A stretch of DNA of 47,464 nucleotides from an uncultured Phycisphaerae bacterium (GTDB taxonomy: Bacteria; Planctomycetota; Phycisphaerae; UBA1845; DATKUK01), in assembly GCA_965602375.1 (NCBI GenBank), contig CBFCZG010000001.1:1-47464 (forward strand). Direction: 5' to 3'. The position numbers and the translations under genes are program-made. The notes below the pieces were generated by a model. It was not told the origin of the DNA. It searched no databases and worked only from the letters and a program-made list of their open reading frames with translations. Shown here in pieces: positions 18,142 to 26,524 of the stretch (its first letter is position 1; the number at the start of each line of letters is the position of its first letter).

Positions 18142-18921
18142 ATGTACCTGGAAGCCGAGAACGTCTGCGTGGATCGCGCCGGGCGGCGAGTCGTGGACGG
18201 CGTGTCGTTGCGACTGGAGCCGGGGCAATGCCTGGCCGTGGTGGGTCCCAACGGAGCGGGCAAGACAACGTTGATGCAGGCACTGTTGGGGCTCCTGCCC
18301 CTGGCGGGCGGCTCGGTACGTCTCAATGGTGAGGCCATGGGGCGTCTTTCGCGTCGGCAGATTGCCCGGCGAGTGGCGTATCTGCCGCAGAACTATGAGG
18401 GCTACCTTGGTTTCCGTGTGCGTGCCGTGGTCGAGACGGGGCGCTACGCTCACCGCGGCGCGGTACAGCCGTGGGACGAAACAGACCGCGAGGCGATCGA
18501 TCAGGCCTTGGAGCAGTGCGGCCTTGGCAGCCTCCAGGACCGCACGGTTGAGGCCCTGTCCGGCGGTGAGCGACAGAAGGTGTGGCTGGCTGCGGCACTG
18601 GCGCAGCAAACGCCCGCGCTGCTTCTGGACGAACCCACCAGTGCGCTGGATCCGAAGCATCAGGCCGAATTGATCGAGTTGATTCTGACACAACTGAGTG
18701 CGGGCAAGACGGTCATGCTAATCTGCCACGATCTGAACCTTGCCGCCATGTTGAACTGTCGGGTGCTCGCGCTGCGGGAGGGGTGTAAGGCGTTCGAGGG
18801 ACCCGTGGGGCAGTTTCTGGATCCGAAACTGCTGCGTCTGGTGTTCGAGGCCGACTTCGAGCTTGTGCGTCTGGCGTCACCGGGACACGTGCGGGCTCAT
18901 CTGCGGGTGCAACGGGGATGA
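18142..18921 (+). CDS. ABC transporter ATP-binding protein (FecE/BtuD/HmuV type)
   Basis: Walker A GPNGAGKTTL, signature LSGGERQKV, Walker B LLLDEPTSALD, H-loop ICHD. ATG at 18142 follows GGGGAGG by 5 nt; the track start at 18124 is GTG. Confidence 0.9.
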   Translation: MYLEAENVCVDRAGRRVVDGVSLRLEPGQCLAVVGPNGAGKTTLMQALLGLLPLAGGSVRLNGEAMGRLSRRQIARRVAYLPQNYEGYLGFRVRAVVETGRYAHRGAVQPWDETDREAIDQALEQCGLGSLQDRTVEALSGGERQKVWLAAALAQQTPALLLDEPTSALDPKHQAELIELILTQLSAGKTVMLICHDLNLAAMLNCRVLALREGCKAFEGPVGQFLDPKLLRLVFEADFELVRLASPGHVRAHLRVQRG

Positions 18922-19904
18922 AACGAACGAGGACATCGCTGGCGGTACTGGTCGTGCTGCTGCTAGCCACCGTGGCATTGACGCCGCTGGTCGGCAGCAG
19001 CGGGGCCTCGTTGGACGAGGTGTACTGGACGATTCGGGCGCCGCGTCTGGCGATGGCGATGCTGGCGGGCGCGGCGCTGAGTCTTTCGGGCATGGTCTTC
19101 CAGGCCGTCTTCCGCAACCCGTTGGCGAGCCCGTTCACGCTGGGCGTAGCGGGCGGGGCATCGCTGGCGTCGGCAATAGCGATCCGCCTGCACATTGCAG
19201 GCATGTGGTGGGCGATTTCGGCTCGAGCGGGTCTGGCCTTTATCGGTGCGATGGCCACGGTCCTGCTCGTATACGCCATTGCGAGGGCGCGCCGGGGCTT
19301 CGCCACCTCGACGTTGCTGCTGGCCGGTGTGAGCATCGGGTTCGTCTGCTCGGCCGTCATCGTGTTGATCCAGTACCTGTCGCGGGAGCATGAAGCGACG
19401 GCCATCATCCGCTGGCTGATGGGCAGCGTTGAGGTCGTGGGTCGGTCCGGATGGTTGGCCATGATTCCGGTATCGGTGCTTGTGGTGGTGGGCGCGGGGC
19501 TGTGCTGGTACCTTCGCCGCGGGCTGGACCTGCTGATGATGGGCGATCTGGCGGCCGCCGGTCGAGGTGTGAACGTCACGTGGACGCGTGCGGCGGCGTA
19601 CTTCGCGGCGAGCACGATGACCGGCGCGGTGGTGGCGTTGTGCGGGCCCATCGCGTTCGTGGGGTTGGTCGTGCCGCATATCATGCGGTTCGTGTTGGGC
19701 CCCGGGCACGGACTGTTGGCGGTCGGGTGTCTGCTGGGCGGCATGATCTTCCTGCCGACGTGCGACATGGTGGCGCGAAATCTGATGTACTGGGTAGTGG
19801 ATTCGAGTTTGCAGTTGCCGGTGGGTGTGTTGACGAGCCTGCTGGGGGGCCTGTTTTTCCTGGGTTTGCTGCTCAGGCGGCGGGAAGAAAGTCCCATTCT
19901 CTGA
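18918..19904 (+). CDS. FecCD/BtuC-family ABC permease
   Basis: RLAMAMLAGAALSLSGMVFQAVFRNPLASPFTLGVAGGASL is the FecCD signature region. Multiple transmembrane segments. The ATG overlaps the ATPase stop (ATGA, 18918-18921). Confidence 0.9.
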   Translation: MKRTRTSLAVLVVLLLATVALTPLVGSSGASLDEVYWTIRAPRLAMAMLAGAALSLSGMVFQAVFRNPLASPFTLGVAGGASLASAIAIRLHIAGMWWAISARAGLAFIGAMATVLLVYAIARARRGFATSTLLLAGVSIGFVCSAVIVLIQYLSREHEATAIIRWLMGSVEVVGRSGWLAMIPVSVLVVVGAGLCWYLRRGLDLLMMGDLAAAGRGVNVTWTRAAAYFAASTMTGAVVALCGPIAFVGLVVPHIMRFVLGPGHGLLAVGCLLGGMIFLPTCDMVARNLMYWVVDSSLQLPVGVLTSLLGGLFFLGLLLRRREESPIL

Positions 19905-20032
19905 ACAGGCGTGATGCAAGGCTCGTTCGGTGGGCGGCTGCGGCCGGTTCATCTTGACCGGCAGGGGCGGCGTCGATAGAGTCCGTTAGCCTGTCGAGTC
20001 CTCTTATGTCGATAGACTAACAGAGGTGAAGC

Positions 20033-21079
20033 ATGGCGAGGATGGATATGCGTTTCGGCTGGGTTCACCTGACGGCTCGGCTCATGAGCGTGGCGATTAC
20101 CGCGCTGGGGGCCGGGCTCCTGTTGTTGGGGATGGCGACGGCCGTAGTGGTCTTGGTGCGAGCCCAGCCGGTCCAATGGACGTTGCTCAGTGTGGCCGGG
20201 GGGCTGGTCATCGCGGGTCTTCTGGCGACGCTGGCGGGGCTGCTGATCCACGGGCTGTTCACGCTGCTACTGAAGCTGGAAAGTCACACGTTTCGTCTGC
20301 ACGACGTTATGGTCGATCTGCTCGAGACGGAGTCGGCGCAGCGCGATTTGATGGGCGCCGTAGCCGACAACGTGCAGCTGTCGGATGCAGCCAAGGTTAT
20401 CGCCCATCGAGAGAAGGAACGTGGGGCCTTGCGGAGTGCGATCCACGAGGAGATCGCCCGCCACGACTGGGAAGCCGCGTACAGCCTGATCGATGCCATG
20501 GAGCATCGCTACGGCTACCGACAGGAGGCCAAGCGCCTGCGGCAGGAGGTGGACGTCTCGCGCGACCGGTCGATCGAGGAGACGGTGCAGGCGGCGCTCG
20601 AACACATCGATAGGCTGTTTGCCGCGGCGGAGTGGGAGCAGGCGCGGAGCGAGTCGCAGAGGCTGATGAACCTGTTCCCGCGGAACGAACGAATCCAGCG
20701 GCTGCCGGAGGACCTGGAACGGCATCGCCAGCAGCACAAGCGGCGCCTTCTGACCGAATGGAACGAGGCGGTTCAGCGCAACGAGATCGACCGGAGCATC
20801 GAGGTGCTCAAGAAGCTCGATCAGTACCTCACGCCGTCGGAGGCGGCGGCGCTGGAGGAGTCGGCGCGAGGCGTCTTCCGGGCCAAGCTGCAGAATTTGG
20901 GGGTGCAGTTCAGCCTGGCCGTTACCGAGAAACGTTGGAAGGCCGCGTTGGACATCGGCGAGCAGATCGTCAGCGAGTTTCCCAACAGTCTGATGGCGAA
21001 AGAGGTCACCGACGGGATGCCGGTGCTTCGCAAGCGGGCCGGAATCACGTCGTCGGCTCCCGAACCCGCGTCCAGCTAG
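20033..21079 (+). CDS. Hypothetical membrane protein with a long helical/coiled cytoplasmic region
   Basis: 348-aa ORF with AGAGGTGA just upstream of the ATG. Two N-terminal hydrophobic segments are followed by a charged helical repeat-like region. No family recognised. Confidence 0.6.
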   Translation: MARMDMRFGWVHLTARLMSVAITALGAGLLLLGMATAVVVLVRAQPVQWTLLSVAGGLVIAGLLATLAGLLIHGLFTLLLKLESHTFRLHDVMVDLLETESAQRDLMGAVADNVQLSDAAKVIAHREKERGALRSAIHEEIARHDWEAAYSLIDAMEHRYGYRQEAKRLRQEVDVSRDRSIEETVQAALEHIDRLFAAAEWEQARSESQRLMNLFPRNERIQRLPEDLERHRQQHKRRLLTEWNEAVQRNEIDRSIEVLKKLDQYLTPSEAAALEESARGVFRAKLQNLGVQFSLAVTEKRWKAALDIGEQIVSEFPNSLMAKEVTDGMPVLRKRAGITSSAPEPASS

Positions 21080-21099
21080 AGGTTCTCCGATCCGGCCGG

Positions 21100-21128
21100 T
21101 TGCTACCCTTCGACCGCAACGTATAATC
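21100..21128 (+). promoter_or_regulatory. Candidate sigma70-type promoter for the MscK-like gene
   Basis: TTGCTA (21100-21105), 17-nt spacer, perfect TATAAT (21123-21128), about 50 nt upstream of the ATG at 21177. Confidence 0.35.
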
Positions 21129-21176
21129 TGACCGCGTGGAAGGCACGAGTCATTGCCGGGGTATGGTTTGCTGACG

Positions 21177-24100
21177 ATGCAAGTATTCCTATCGCTGCTT
21201 TTGTCAGCCGCGCTTGGCGCGCAGGGTGAGCCGGCCACGCGGCCCACGACCACACGGGCGGTAGAGGTAGACTGGTCGGTGCCGAGCGACGCCGCAGGCA
21301 TGGCAGAGCGCAAGGCGCGCGAGCAGGCGAGGCTTGATACGCTGAAGCAGGCTCAATCAGCCACGACGGCGCCGGCCGAATCCCCCATTCACAGCAAGAC
21401 CGGCGAGCTTATCGAGCGAACAGAGCAGTACGTCGATCACTTGGCCACGGCGGCCGAGCTCGAAGGCGATCTGGCCCACCGGAAGACCGACGCGTTTTTG
21501 CACGAACGGCAGCAACGGATCGCCGAGTTGAAAAGCAAGCTGGAGGCCTTGCAGCGTGAAGCCGTTCCCGATCAGGTTACGCGCGGTCAGGTCGAGGCGG
21601 TACGCCAGGAGTACGACAGGCTGAACCAGGAGATCAACGGGCTGGCCGACACGATCGCCGCTCAGGAGGCTGTCCGCACCACGCTTGGCGAACAGGCTCG
21701 GAAGCTCGCGAGCGAACTGACCAGGGCACGGGACATCCTCGCGGCCGCCAGGCAGAAACACAAGCTCGAGCGCAACTTGCCGGCGACGACGGCCGAGCAG
21801 AGGGCCTTGCTGGATCTCGAACTCGACCGAGCGCAGGTAACCTTGGCCGATCTGCTGTTACAGCAGGAGCTGCTGCCGCTGAAGGAGGAATTCGCCAGCC
21901 TGGTCATCCAGCAGGACACGCAGTTGCGCACGTCCCTGAAACCATACGTTGTGGAACTTCGCGAACGAGCCAACGAGATGGAACGACGCCAGATCACGTC
22001 TGAGCTGGCGCTGGCTCGCTACCGGGCCGACCATTCCACCGATCCGCTCGAGAAGGCCTACTACAGCCTGGAGCTCCTGGTTCTCGAGGCCGAGAAGGAG
22101 TTTAACGCGTACAGGAATCCCATCAGCGACCGTTTTCAAAACACGACTCTGACAGAGTGCAAGCAACAGATCGAAACGAAGCTGTCTTACTGGAAGAACT
22201 TCGTGCCGACGCTGGATCGGCGCGCCGGCCAGGAGGTCCTGCGCAACTACCGGCGGATTCTCCGGGACATGGAGTGGGCCGAGAAGCGGCTTGCCGGATT
22301 GCAGGCCAAGTACGACAAGAGCGTGGACGAACTGGGCTTGGAGCTCCAGCCTCGGCAGCGTGACTACTTGCAGTGGTTCGATGAAGAGCGCCGGCTGTTC
22401 GATGAGAAGGCGGCGAAGGCCGCGACGGAAGAAGCGGCGCGAATGGCGCGAACACTCAGTGAGCTGCGGACGCGCCTGTTCAAGAGCACAACAGGTGTGA
22501 TTGCGGACGAGCGGGCCCTGATCGGGCGGCTGCGGGAGGGGATCGAGGGATTACAGGCCTGTCTGAACGAGTTCGGTCTGTACCGCGGCAGGTTGTATCG
22601 AGCGCATATCAGCGTCCGCGATGCGCCGTTGTTCAGACGCCCGTGGGATAAGCTGTGGGCTGAATGGGCGGCGGCGGCGGCGGGTAAGCTTATTCGAGAA
22701 CGTCAGGAACTTCAGCGTCGACCCCGTCGAGACCAGGTGCAGAAGGAAGATTCGCTTCGTGACTGGGTGACACAACTGAGAGGCGAACTGGCCACTGTGC
22801 GCCCGCCCCAATGGGTGCTGGCGGCGCTGCTCGTTCTGCTGAGCGTGGTGGCGACCGTCGCACTGCGCGGCAGGCTTGCCCAGTTGGCCGAGCAAGTTTA
22901 CCAACAAGGCGTAGAGGAGCCTGATTTCACAATCCGGTTGCGTTCGCAGGCCGCGAGGATCGCCTCTCGCAGCGCGGCGGTTGGTTGGCCTTGCGTGGGT
23001 CTTCTGCTGGCCTTTTGGTCTCTTGGACTGGACACATCTTTGGCGCGCATCGCAGAGGCGCTTTTGATTTTCTTCGCATGTGTAGCGTTGTCGTTCGCCT
23101 TGCTACACGGCCTGTTCAACCCTTCCAAGCCTCGTTATCGCCTGATCCGGTGTAGCAACGTGGTGGCCGGCTACTACCGTCGTTGGCTGCGTGGTCTGCT
23201 TTGGTTGACCGTGCTCTTGCTGCCCTTGCCGTTGGCTTTGTTGATCGGTGGTGTGCTGCCGGAGACGCGCACGCTCTTCGTTGAAACGTACAAGGTGCTG
23301 GCGCTGCTGTTGCTGCTGCTGTTCCTGCTGCGACGACAGACGGTGCTGCGCGTGGTAGGCCGGCCCGATCAAGTGCGTATGACTCATCTGTTCGCTCTGG
23401 TGCGAATGGGCTACCCCCTGATTGTCCTGGCGGTCCTGGCGTTGCTCGTGGCGCAGATCGCCGGCTACTACGTTCTAACTCGCTATATCGTGTTGTCGCT
23501 TGCGGCGAGTGTTCCCGTGCTGCTCGTGACCAGGTTAATCAATCGCTGGTTGGAGGAGTTGAACGAACGCTACCGCCGGCGAGCGGACCAAATGCGAGAG
23601 CAGGCGCGAGCTAAGGCGGAGCGGCGCGCGCGGACCGAGGCCGAAGCGGCAGGCCGACCCTTCGATCCTGCCGCGGTGGACTACCTGCCCCCACCGGAAC
23701 TGGAAGGGCTGGTGAACACGGGCACCATGCTGCTGCGGTGGGCGGTCGCCGTGTTGGGCCTGATCGTGATTCTGCGGATCTGGGGCATCACACTGATCGA
23801 CGTCCGTTACGTGCTCAGCACGGTCGTCGCCGGCGAACCGCCCAGGCAGATCACGATTTGGCGAGCTCTCGGGGTCATCATCGCCCTGGCAGCGGCGGTG
23901 CTGGTGTCGCGCAGCCTCCGGAGCGTGCTGGAGGCAAAGGTCTATCCGAGCTATCCGCAGGTCGACCGCGGGACGCAGGCCGCCATCAACACGATGCTGC
24001 ACTACCTGCTGATCGTACTGGGTATCTATGCCAGCATGCAGCTAGTCTATCTGGACCTGACGGCTGTGACGGTTTTGATGGGTATGTTTGGGCTGGGACT

Positions 24101-24677
24101 GGGATTGGGCTTACAGCCGTTGTTTGTCAACTTCCTTGGCGGGCTGATCATGTTGTTCGAGCGGCACATCAAGGTAGGCGACATCGTGGACGTCAACGGC
24201 ACGATAGGTGAGGTCACGCGTATCAGCCTTCGCTCCACCGGCGTCCGCACGTTCGACAACATCGACATGGTCGTCCCGAACGGCGACTTCGTTACGTCCA
24301 GCGTGATCAACTGGTCGCTCCAGGACCGGCAGATTCGCGGTCAGGTCGATGTGGGTGTCGCCTATGGCAGCGAAGTGAACCTTGTGCGCCGACTCCTGCT
24401 GGAGATCGCCAACACGCATCCCCATGTGCTGCCCGAGCCGGCTCCCATGGTGTGGTTCATGGACTTCGGCGATAACGCCCTGGCGTTCAAACTGCTGGTG
24501 CGGATCGACGACGTCGCGAATCGCATGAGCACGCTGACGGAATTGCGATTCTCTATCGACGAGGCGTTCGGCAAACACGGCATCGTGATCCCGTTCCCAC
24601 AACGAACCCTCAGCACCGTCAACGACGAGCCGATCAAGATCGAGATGGTCTCGCGGCCACCTCGGCCGACCTCCTGA
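21177..24677 (+). CDS. Large mechanosensitive channel, MscK/KefA-like (MscS family)
   Basis: The C-terminal MscS core is present (GLGLGLGLQPLFVNFLGGLIMLFERHIKVGDIVDVNGTIGEVTRISLRSTGVRTFDNIDMVVPNGDF). It is preceded by about 11 hydrophobic helices and a long periplasmic coiled-coil region of roughly 500 aa. ATG 21177 gives a signal peptide (MQVFLSLLLSAALGAQG); the track start at 21153 is TTG. Confidence 0.9.
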   Translation: MQVFLSLLLSAALGAQGEPATRPTTTRAVEVDWSVPSDAAGMAERKAREQARLDTLKQAQSATTAPAESPIHSKTGELIERTEQYVDHLATAAELEGDLAHRKTDAFLHERQQRIAELKSKLEALQREAVPDQVTRGQVEAVRQEYDRLNQEINGLADTIAAQEAVRTTLGEQARKLASELTRARDILAAARQKHKLERNLPATTAEQRALLDLELDRAQVTLADLLLQQELLPLKEEFASLVIQQDTQLRTSLKPYVVELRERANEMERRQITSELALARYRADHSTDPLEKAYYSLELLVLEAEKEFNAYRNPISDRFQNTTLTECKQQIETKLSYWKNFVPTLDRRAGQEVLRNYRRILRDMEWAEKRLAGLQAKYDKSVDELGLELQPRQRDYLQWFDEERRLFDEKAAKAATEEAARMARTLSELRTRLFKSTTGVIADERALIGRLREGIEGLQACLNEFGLYRGRLYRAHISVRDAPLFRRPWDKLWAEWAAAAAGKLIRERQELQRRPRRDQVQKEDSLRDWVTQLRGELATVRPPQWVLAALLVLLSVVATVALRGRLAQLAEQVYQQGVEEPDFTIRLRSQAARIASRSAAVGWPCVGLLLAFWSLGLDTSLARIAEALLIFFACVALSFALLHGLFNPSKPRYRLIRCSNVVAGYYRRWLRGLLWLTVLLLPLPLALLIGGVLPETRTLFVETYKVLALLLLLLFLLRRQTVLRVVGRPDQVRMTHLFALVRMGYPLIVLAVLALLVAQIAGYYVLTRYIVLSLAASVPVLLVTRLINRWLEELNERYRRRADQMREQARAKAERRARTEAEAAGRPFDPAAVDYLPPPELEGLVNTGTMLLRWAVAVLGLIVILRIWGITLIDVRYVLSTVVAGEPPRQITIWRALGVIIALAAAVLVSRSLRSVLEAKVYPSYPQVDRGTQAAINTMLHYLLIVLGIYASMQLVYLDLTAVTVLMGMFGLGLGLGLQPLFVNFLGGLIMLFERHIKVGDIVDVNGTIGEVTRISLRSTGVRTFDNIDMVVPNGDFVTSSVINWSLQDRQIRGQVDVGVAYGSEVNLVRRLLLEIANTHPHVLPEPAPMVWFMDFGDNALAFKLLVRIDDVANRMSTLTELRFSIDEAFGKHGIVIPFPQRTLSTVNDEPIKIEMVSRPPRPTS

Positions 24678-24737
24678 TCGATATTTATCTTGAGAATGGG
24701 AGCCATTCGCGCGGCTATGGGCACGAGACCCTCGCGC

Positions 24738-24794
24738 AAAAAAAGCGACCGGATTTGCCGCTACGTGTTCTCGACAAATCCGGTCCCAAGTTTT
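24738..24794. terminator. Bidirectional intrinsic terminator
   Basis: Perfect 11-bp stem, gaccggatttg (24747-24757) with caaatccggtc (24775-24785), and a 17-nt loop. It is flanked by A7 (24738-24744, which is T7 on the minus strand) and by ccaagTTTT (to 24794) on the plus strand. It lies 60 nt after the MscK stop. Confidence 0.6.
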
Positions 24795-24802
24795 GAGTAG
24801 CC

Positions 24803-24835
24803 GCCTTGAGGCAGCTGCGTCTGCTGCCTCAAGGC
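24803..24835. repeat. Perfect 13-bp inverted repeat (hairpin)
   Basis: gccttgaggcagc (24803-24815), 7-nt loop tgcgtct, gctgcctcaaggc (24823-24835). Confidence 0.9.
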
Positions 24836-25059
24836 AGCTGACCTATGTTACTCGGCACCGGATCACCTCCTTTCCTGCCAGGGACACCCCGGCGGCCGGC
24901 CGGCTCCGGTGTAGACGCCGGCAAACCATCCGGGCCTTGTCCCCCCGGGACCGCCGTCCCGGGCCCGCAACCAGGCGGCTGGAAACCGCCTGATCCACCA
25001 GGGTCGCTCATCTGCGGCGCCCTAGCAAACGCCGCAGGCAAAGAATCCCCGGCAACTCA

Positions 25060-25088
25060 AGGCTAGCGAATTGAGTGCGTCGGGTCAA
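25060..25088 (-). promoter_or_regulatory. Candidate promoter of the orphan transcript
   Basis: On the minus strand: TTGACC (25088-25083), 17-nt spacer, TAGCCT (25065-25060). The same two hexamers and the same spacing occur upstream of ilvB at 29074-29046. Confidence 0.3.
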
Positions 25089-25188
25089 ACTACCGCAGCC
25101 CGGCGGGCCGGTTCGGCGACGGACGTCCGGCCGGCGTTCGCAGGCAAGTCTTTTTGCAGCAATATGTTGTACACTTCGAGAGCTTCGA

Positions 25189-25218
25189 CTGTCAGAGGAA
25201 GGCGCACGCGGATATAAT
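25189..25218 (+). promoter_or_regulatory. Candidate promoter for the 25265 gene
   Basis: CTGTCA (25189-25194), 18-nt spacer, perfect TATAAT (25213-25218), 47 nt upstream of the ATG. Confidence 0.3.
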
Positions 25219-25264
25219 CGCCATACTTGTCCGTGGCTTCCAGATCCGGCAAGCGAGATAGCTG

Positions 25265-25807
25265 ATGGGGTCAACACCCAAGCCGACACCACAATCGTCC
25301 GAACAACCATCCGGGTCGGTCGGCCCGGCCGACTTGCACGAGGCAGCCATGGCCCGCCGGCGCGCGGCTCGACGAAGTCGCATCGGTCGGTTGGGGCTCG
25401 TGCTGGCGATGGCGGCAGTGGCGTTCGTGCTTCTCGTGATGTGGCTCCGCGACAATGTCGAGCGTCAGGGCGACCTGAGGAAGCTACAGGCGTCCGTGAG
25501 CCGACTCAACGCGCAGGACATTCCGTGGCAGTGGCCCGAGGGTTTCGTCAGCACGGCAGCGCGCGCCGAGGTGCTGGGGTCACCGTCAGAGCAAATGATC
25601 GTGCTGGCGTACCAAGCCGTTCCCCGCCGACTGGTCCTGCTGCCTGACGGACACGCCGTGGCGGTCTGGAATCATTCGCAGATAGAGACTCGCTGGATGA
25701 CGCGAGACCAACTGGCACGCCAGCTTGGTCGGCAGGGCCTCTCGCTATCGGATCACACCGAGGCCGGCGACGCCAGCACGCCGCAGGCTACGCAACCGTC
25801 GGAATAG
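25265..25807 (+). CDS. Hypothetical single-pass membrane protein
   Basis: 180-aa ORF with a basic stretch then one hydrophobic helix (IGRLGLVLAMAAVAFVLLVMWL) and a non-repetitive ectodomain. No family recognised. Confidence 0.55.
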   Translation: MGSTPKPTPQSSEQPSGSVGPADLHEAAMARRRAARRSRIGRLGLVLAMAAVAFVLLVMWLRDNVERQGDLRKLQASVSRLNAQDIPWQWPEGFVSTAARAEVLGSPSEQMIVLAYQAVPRRLVLLPDGHAVAVWNHSQIETRWMTRDQLARQLGRQGLSLSDHTEAGDASTPQATQPSE

Positions 25808-25812
25808 GGCAC

Positions 25813-26493
25813 TCAAGCGGCCGGGGGATACTCGTTGCACAGCAGGTACTTCGCCGGCTCGTCCTCGTCGATCTCGGGGAACCGACCGACCTGGTCGAGG
25901 AAGCGGTTGTCGGTTCGGTCGTCATTGACCTTGCTGACCTCGCCGACAAGCACGGTACCGCGTTCGGGCTGCCCCCAGAAACTGTGGTACAGGCGAGGAG
26001 GTAGCGTGACCGACTCGCCGGGCGTGAGCACAAGCTGATCGCCGGCGGCTAGCGATCGAATCACACCATCGGTGCTGACGGTGACCGATGTGGTTTGGTC
26101 GAGCTGCTCGTCGGACGTGGCGTTATAGAGCCGGCAAACCAGGTGGCCCCCGCCCCTAGTAATGATATCTTCGGTCTTATTAAAGTGGAAGTGCATGGGC
26201 GTCGTCTGCCCAGGTCGAACGATCATCACTTTTTCGGCATAGGTCTTGTCCCCAGGGGCGTCGATATCGCCGTTGCGGAGCGTAAACAGAAGCAGCCCGC
26301 ATGCCGCGAAGTCACCCGAGCCGAAGTCAGTGAGGTCCCAGCCGAGCATGTTCCGGCGGATCTCGTCGGCCTCGTGCCCGGTGCTTCGCCACCGACTCGG
26401 GCTCCAGAACGCGAAGGGTGGCAAGGCGAATGCCTGGTCCGCCAAAAACTCGACGGCCTCGTCAATCAAGGTGTTGATCTGCGATCTTTTCAT
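25813..26493 (-). CDS. D-lyxose/D-mannose ketol-isomerase (cupin)
   Basis: MKRSQINTLIDEAVEFL...LPPFAFWSP...MLGWDLTDFGSGDF...YAEKVMIVRPGQTTPMHFHFNKTEDIITRGGG closely tracks the D-lyxose isomerase family as I recall it. Trimmed from 26634 to ATG 26493, which removes the overlap with ilvN. Confidence 0.8.
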   Translation of the reverse strand: MKRSQINTLIDEAVEFLADQAFALPPFAFWSPSRWRSTGHEADEIRRNMLGWDLTDFGSGDFAACGLLLFTLRNGDIDAPGDKTYAEKVMIVRPGQTTPMHFHFNKTEDIITRGGGHLVCRLYNATSDEQLDQTTSVTVSTDGVIRSLAAGDQLVLTPGESVTLPPRLYHSFWGQPERGTVLVGEVSKVNDDRTDNRFLDQVGRFPEIDEDEPAKYLLCNEYPPAA

Positions 26494-26524
26494 GACCCGG
26501 TCCTGCGGCAAGCGACCGCGCCGG

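Larger units (their letters stand above)
24738..25053 (-). ncRNA. Candidate orphan structured RNA of about 315 nt, family unidentified
   Basis: A minus-strand promoter-like TTGACC-N17-TAGCCT (25088-25060) lies upstream. Perfect hairpins sit at 25012-25037, 24972-24992, 24944-24963 and 24803-24835. The T7 terminator ends at 24738. There is no credible ORF and no downstream minus-strand gene. The ends are predicted, not measured. Confidence 0.35.

Noticed and set aside
18713-19952. 394-aa and 329-aa minus-strand ORFs
   Set aside because: Both are antisense to the FecCD permease and ABC ATPase, whose motifs are clear. Their composition is Pro/Arg/Thr/His-rich.
20267-21313. 348-aa minus-strand ORF
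   Set aside because: It is antisense to the 20033-21079 gene and the start of the MscK gene. Its composition is Arg/Leu/Pro/Gln-rich and it has no ribosome-binding site.
24860-24874. Possible 16S rRNA gene fragment (GGATCACCTCCTTTC)
   Set aside because: The upstream flank (ctatgttactcggcacc) does not resemble the conserved helix 45 / GTAACC...GCGGCTGGATCACC region of 16S. There is no other rRNA-like sequence in the window. I kept it as a finding about the complementary strand instead.
24920-24992. c-di-GMP-I (GEMM-I) riboswitch on the plus strand, suggested by GGCAAACCA, GGGAC and a GAAA-containing loop
   Set aside because: I could not fold it into the two-hairpin GEMM-I architecture with a GNRA tetraloop and receptor. 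The same GGCAAACCA 9-mer recurs at 43532-43540 in a context with no downstream plus-strand gene, so it is probably chance. An Infernal scan with RF01051 would settle it.
24793-25066. 66-73-aa ORFs on both strands inside the long spacer
   Set aside because: Their translations are Pro/Gly/Arg-rich with no start context. The extended SD lies inside, not upstream of, the 70-aa minus-strand ORF. I treat the region as non-coding except possibly for the 9-codon mini-ORF.
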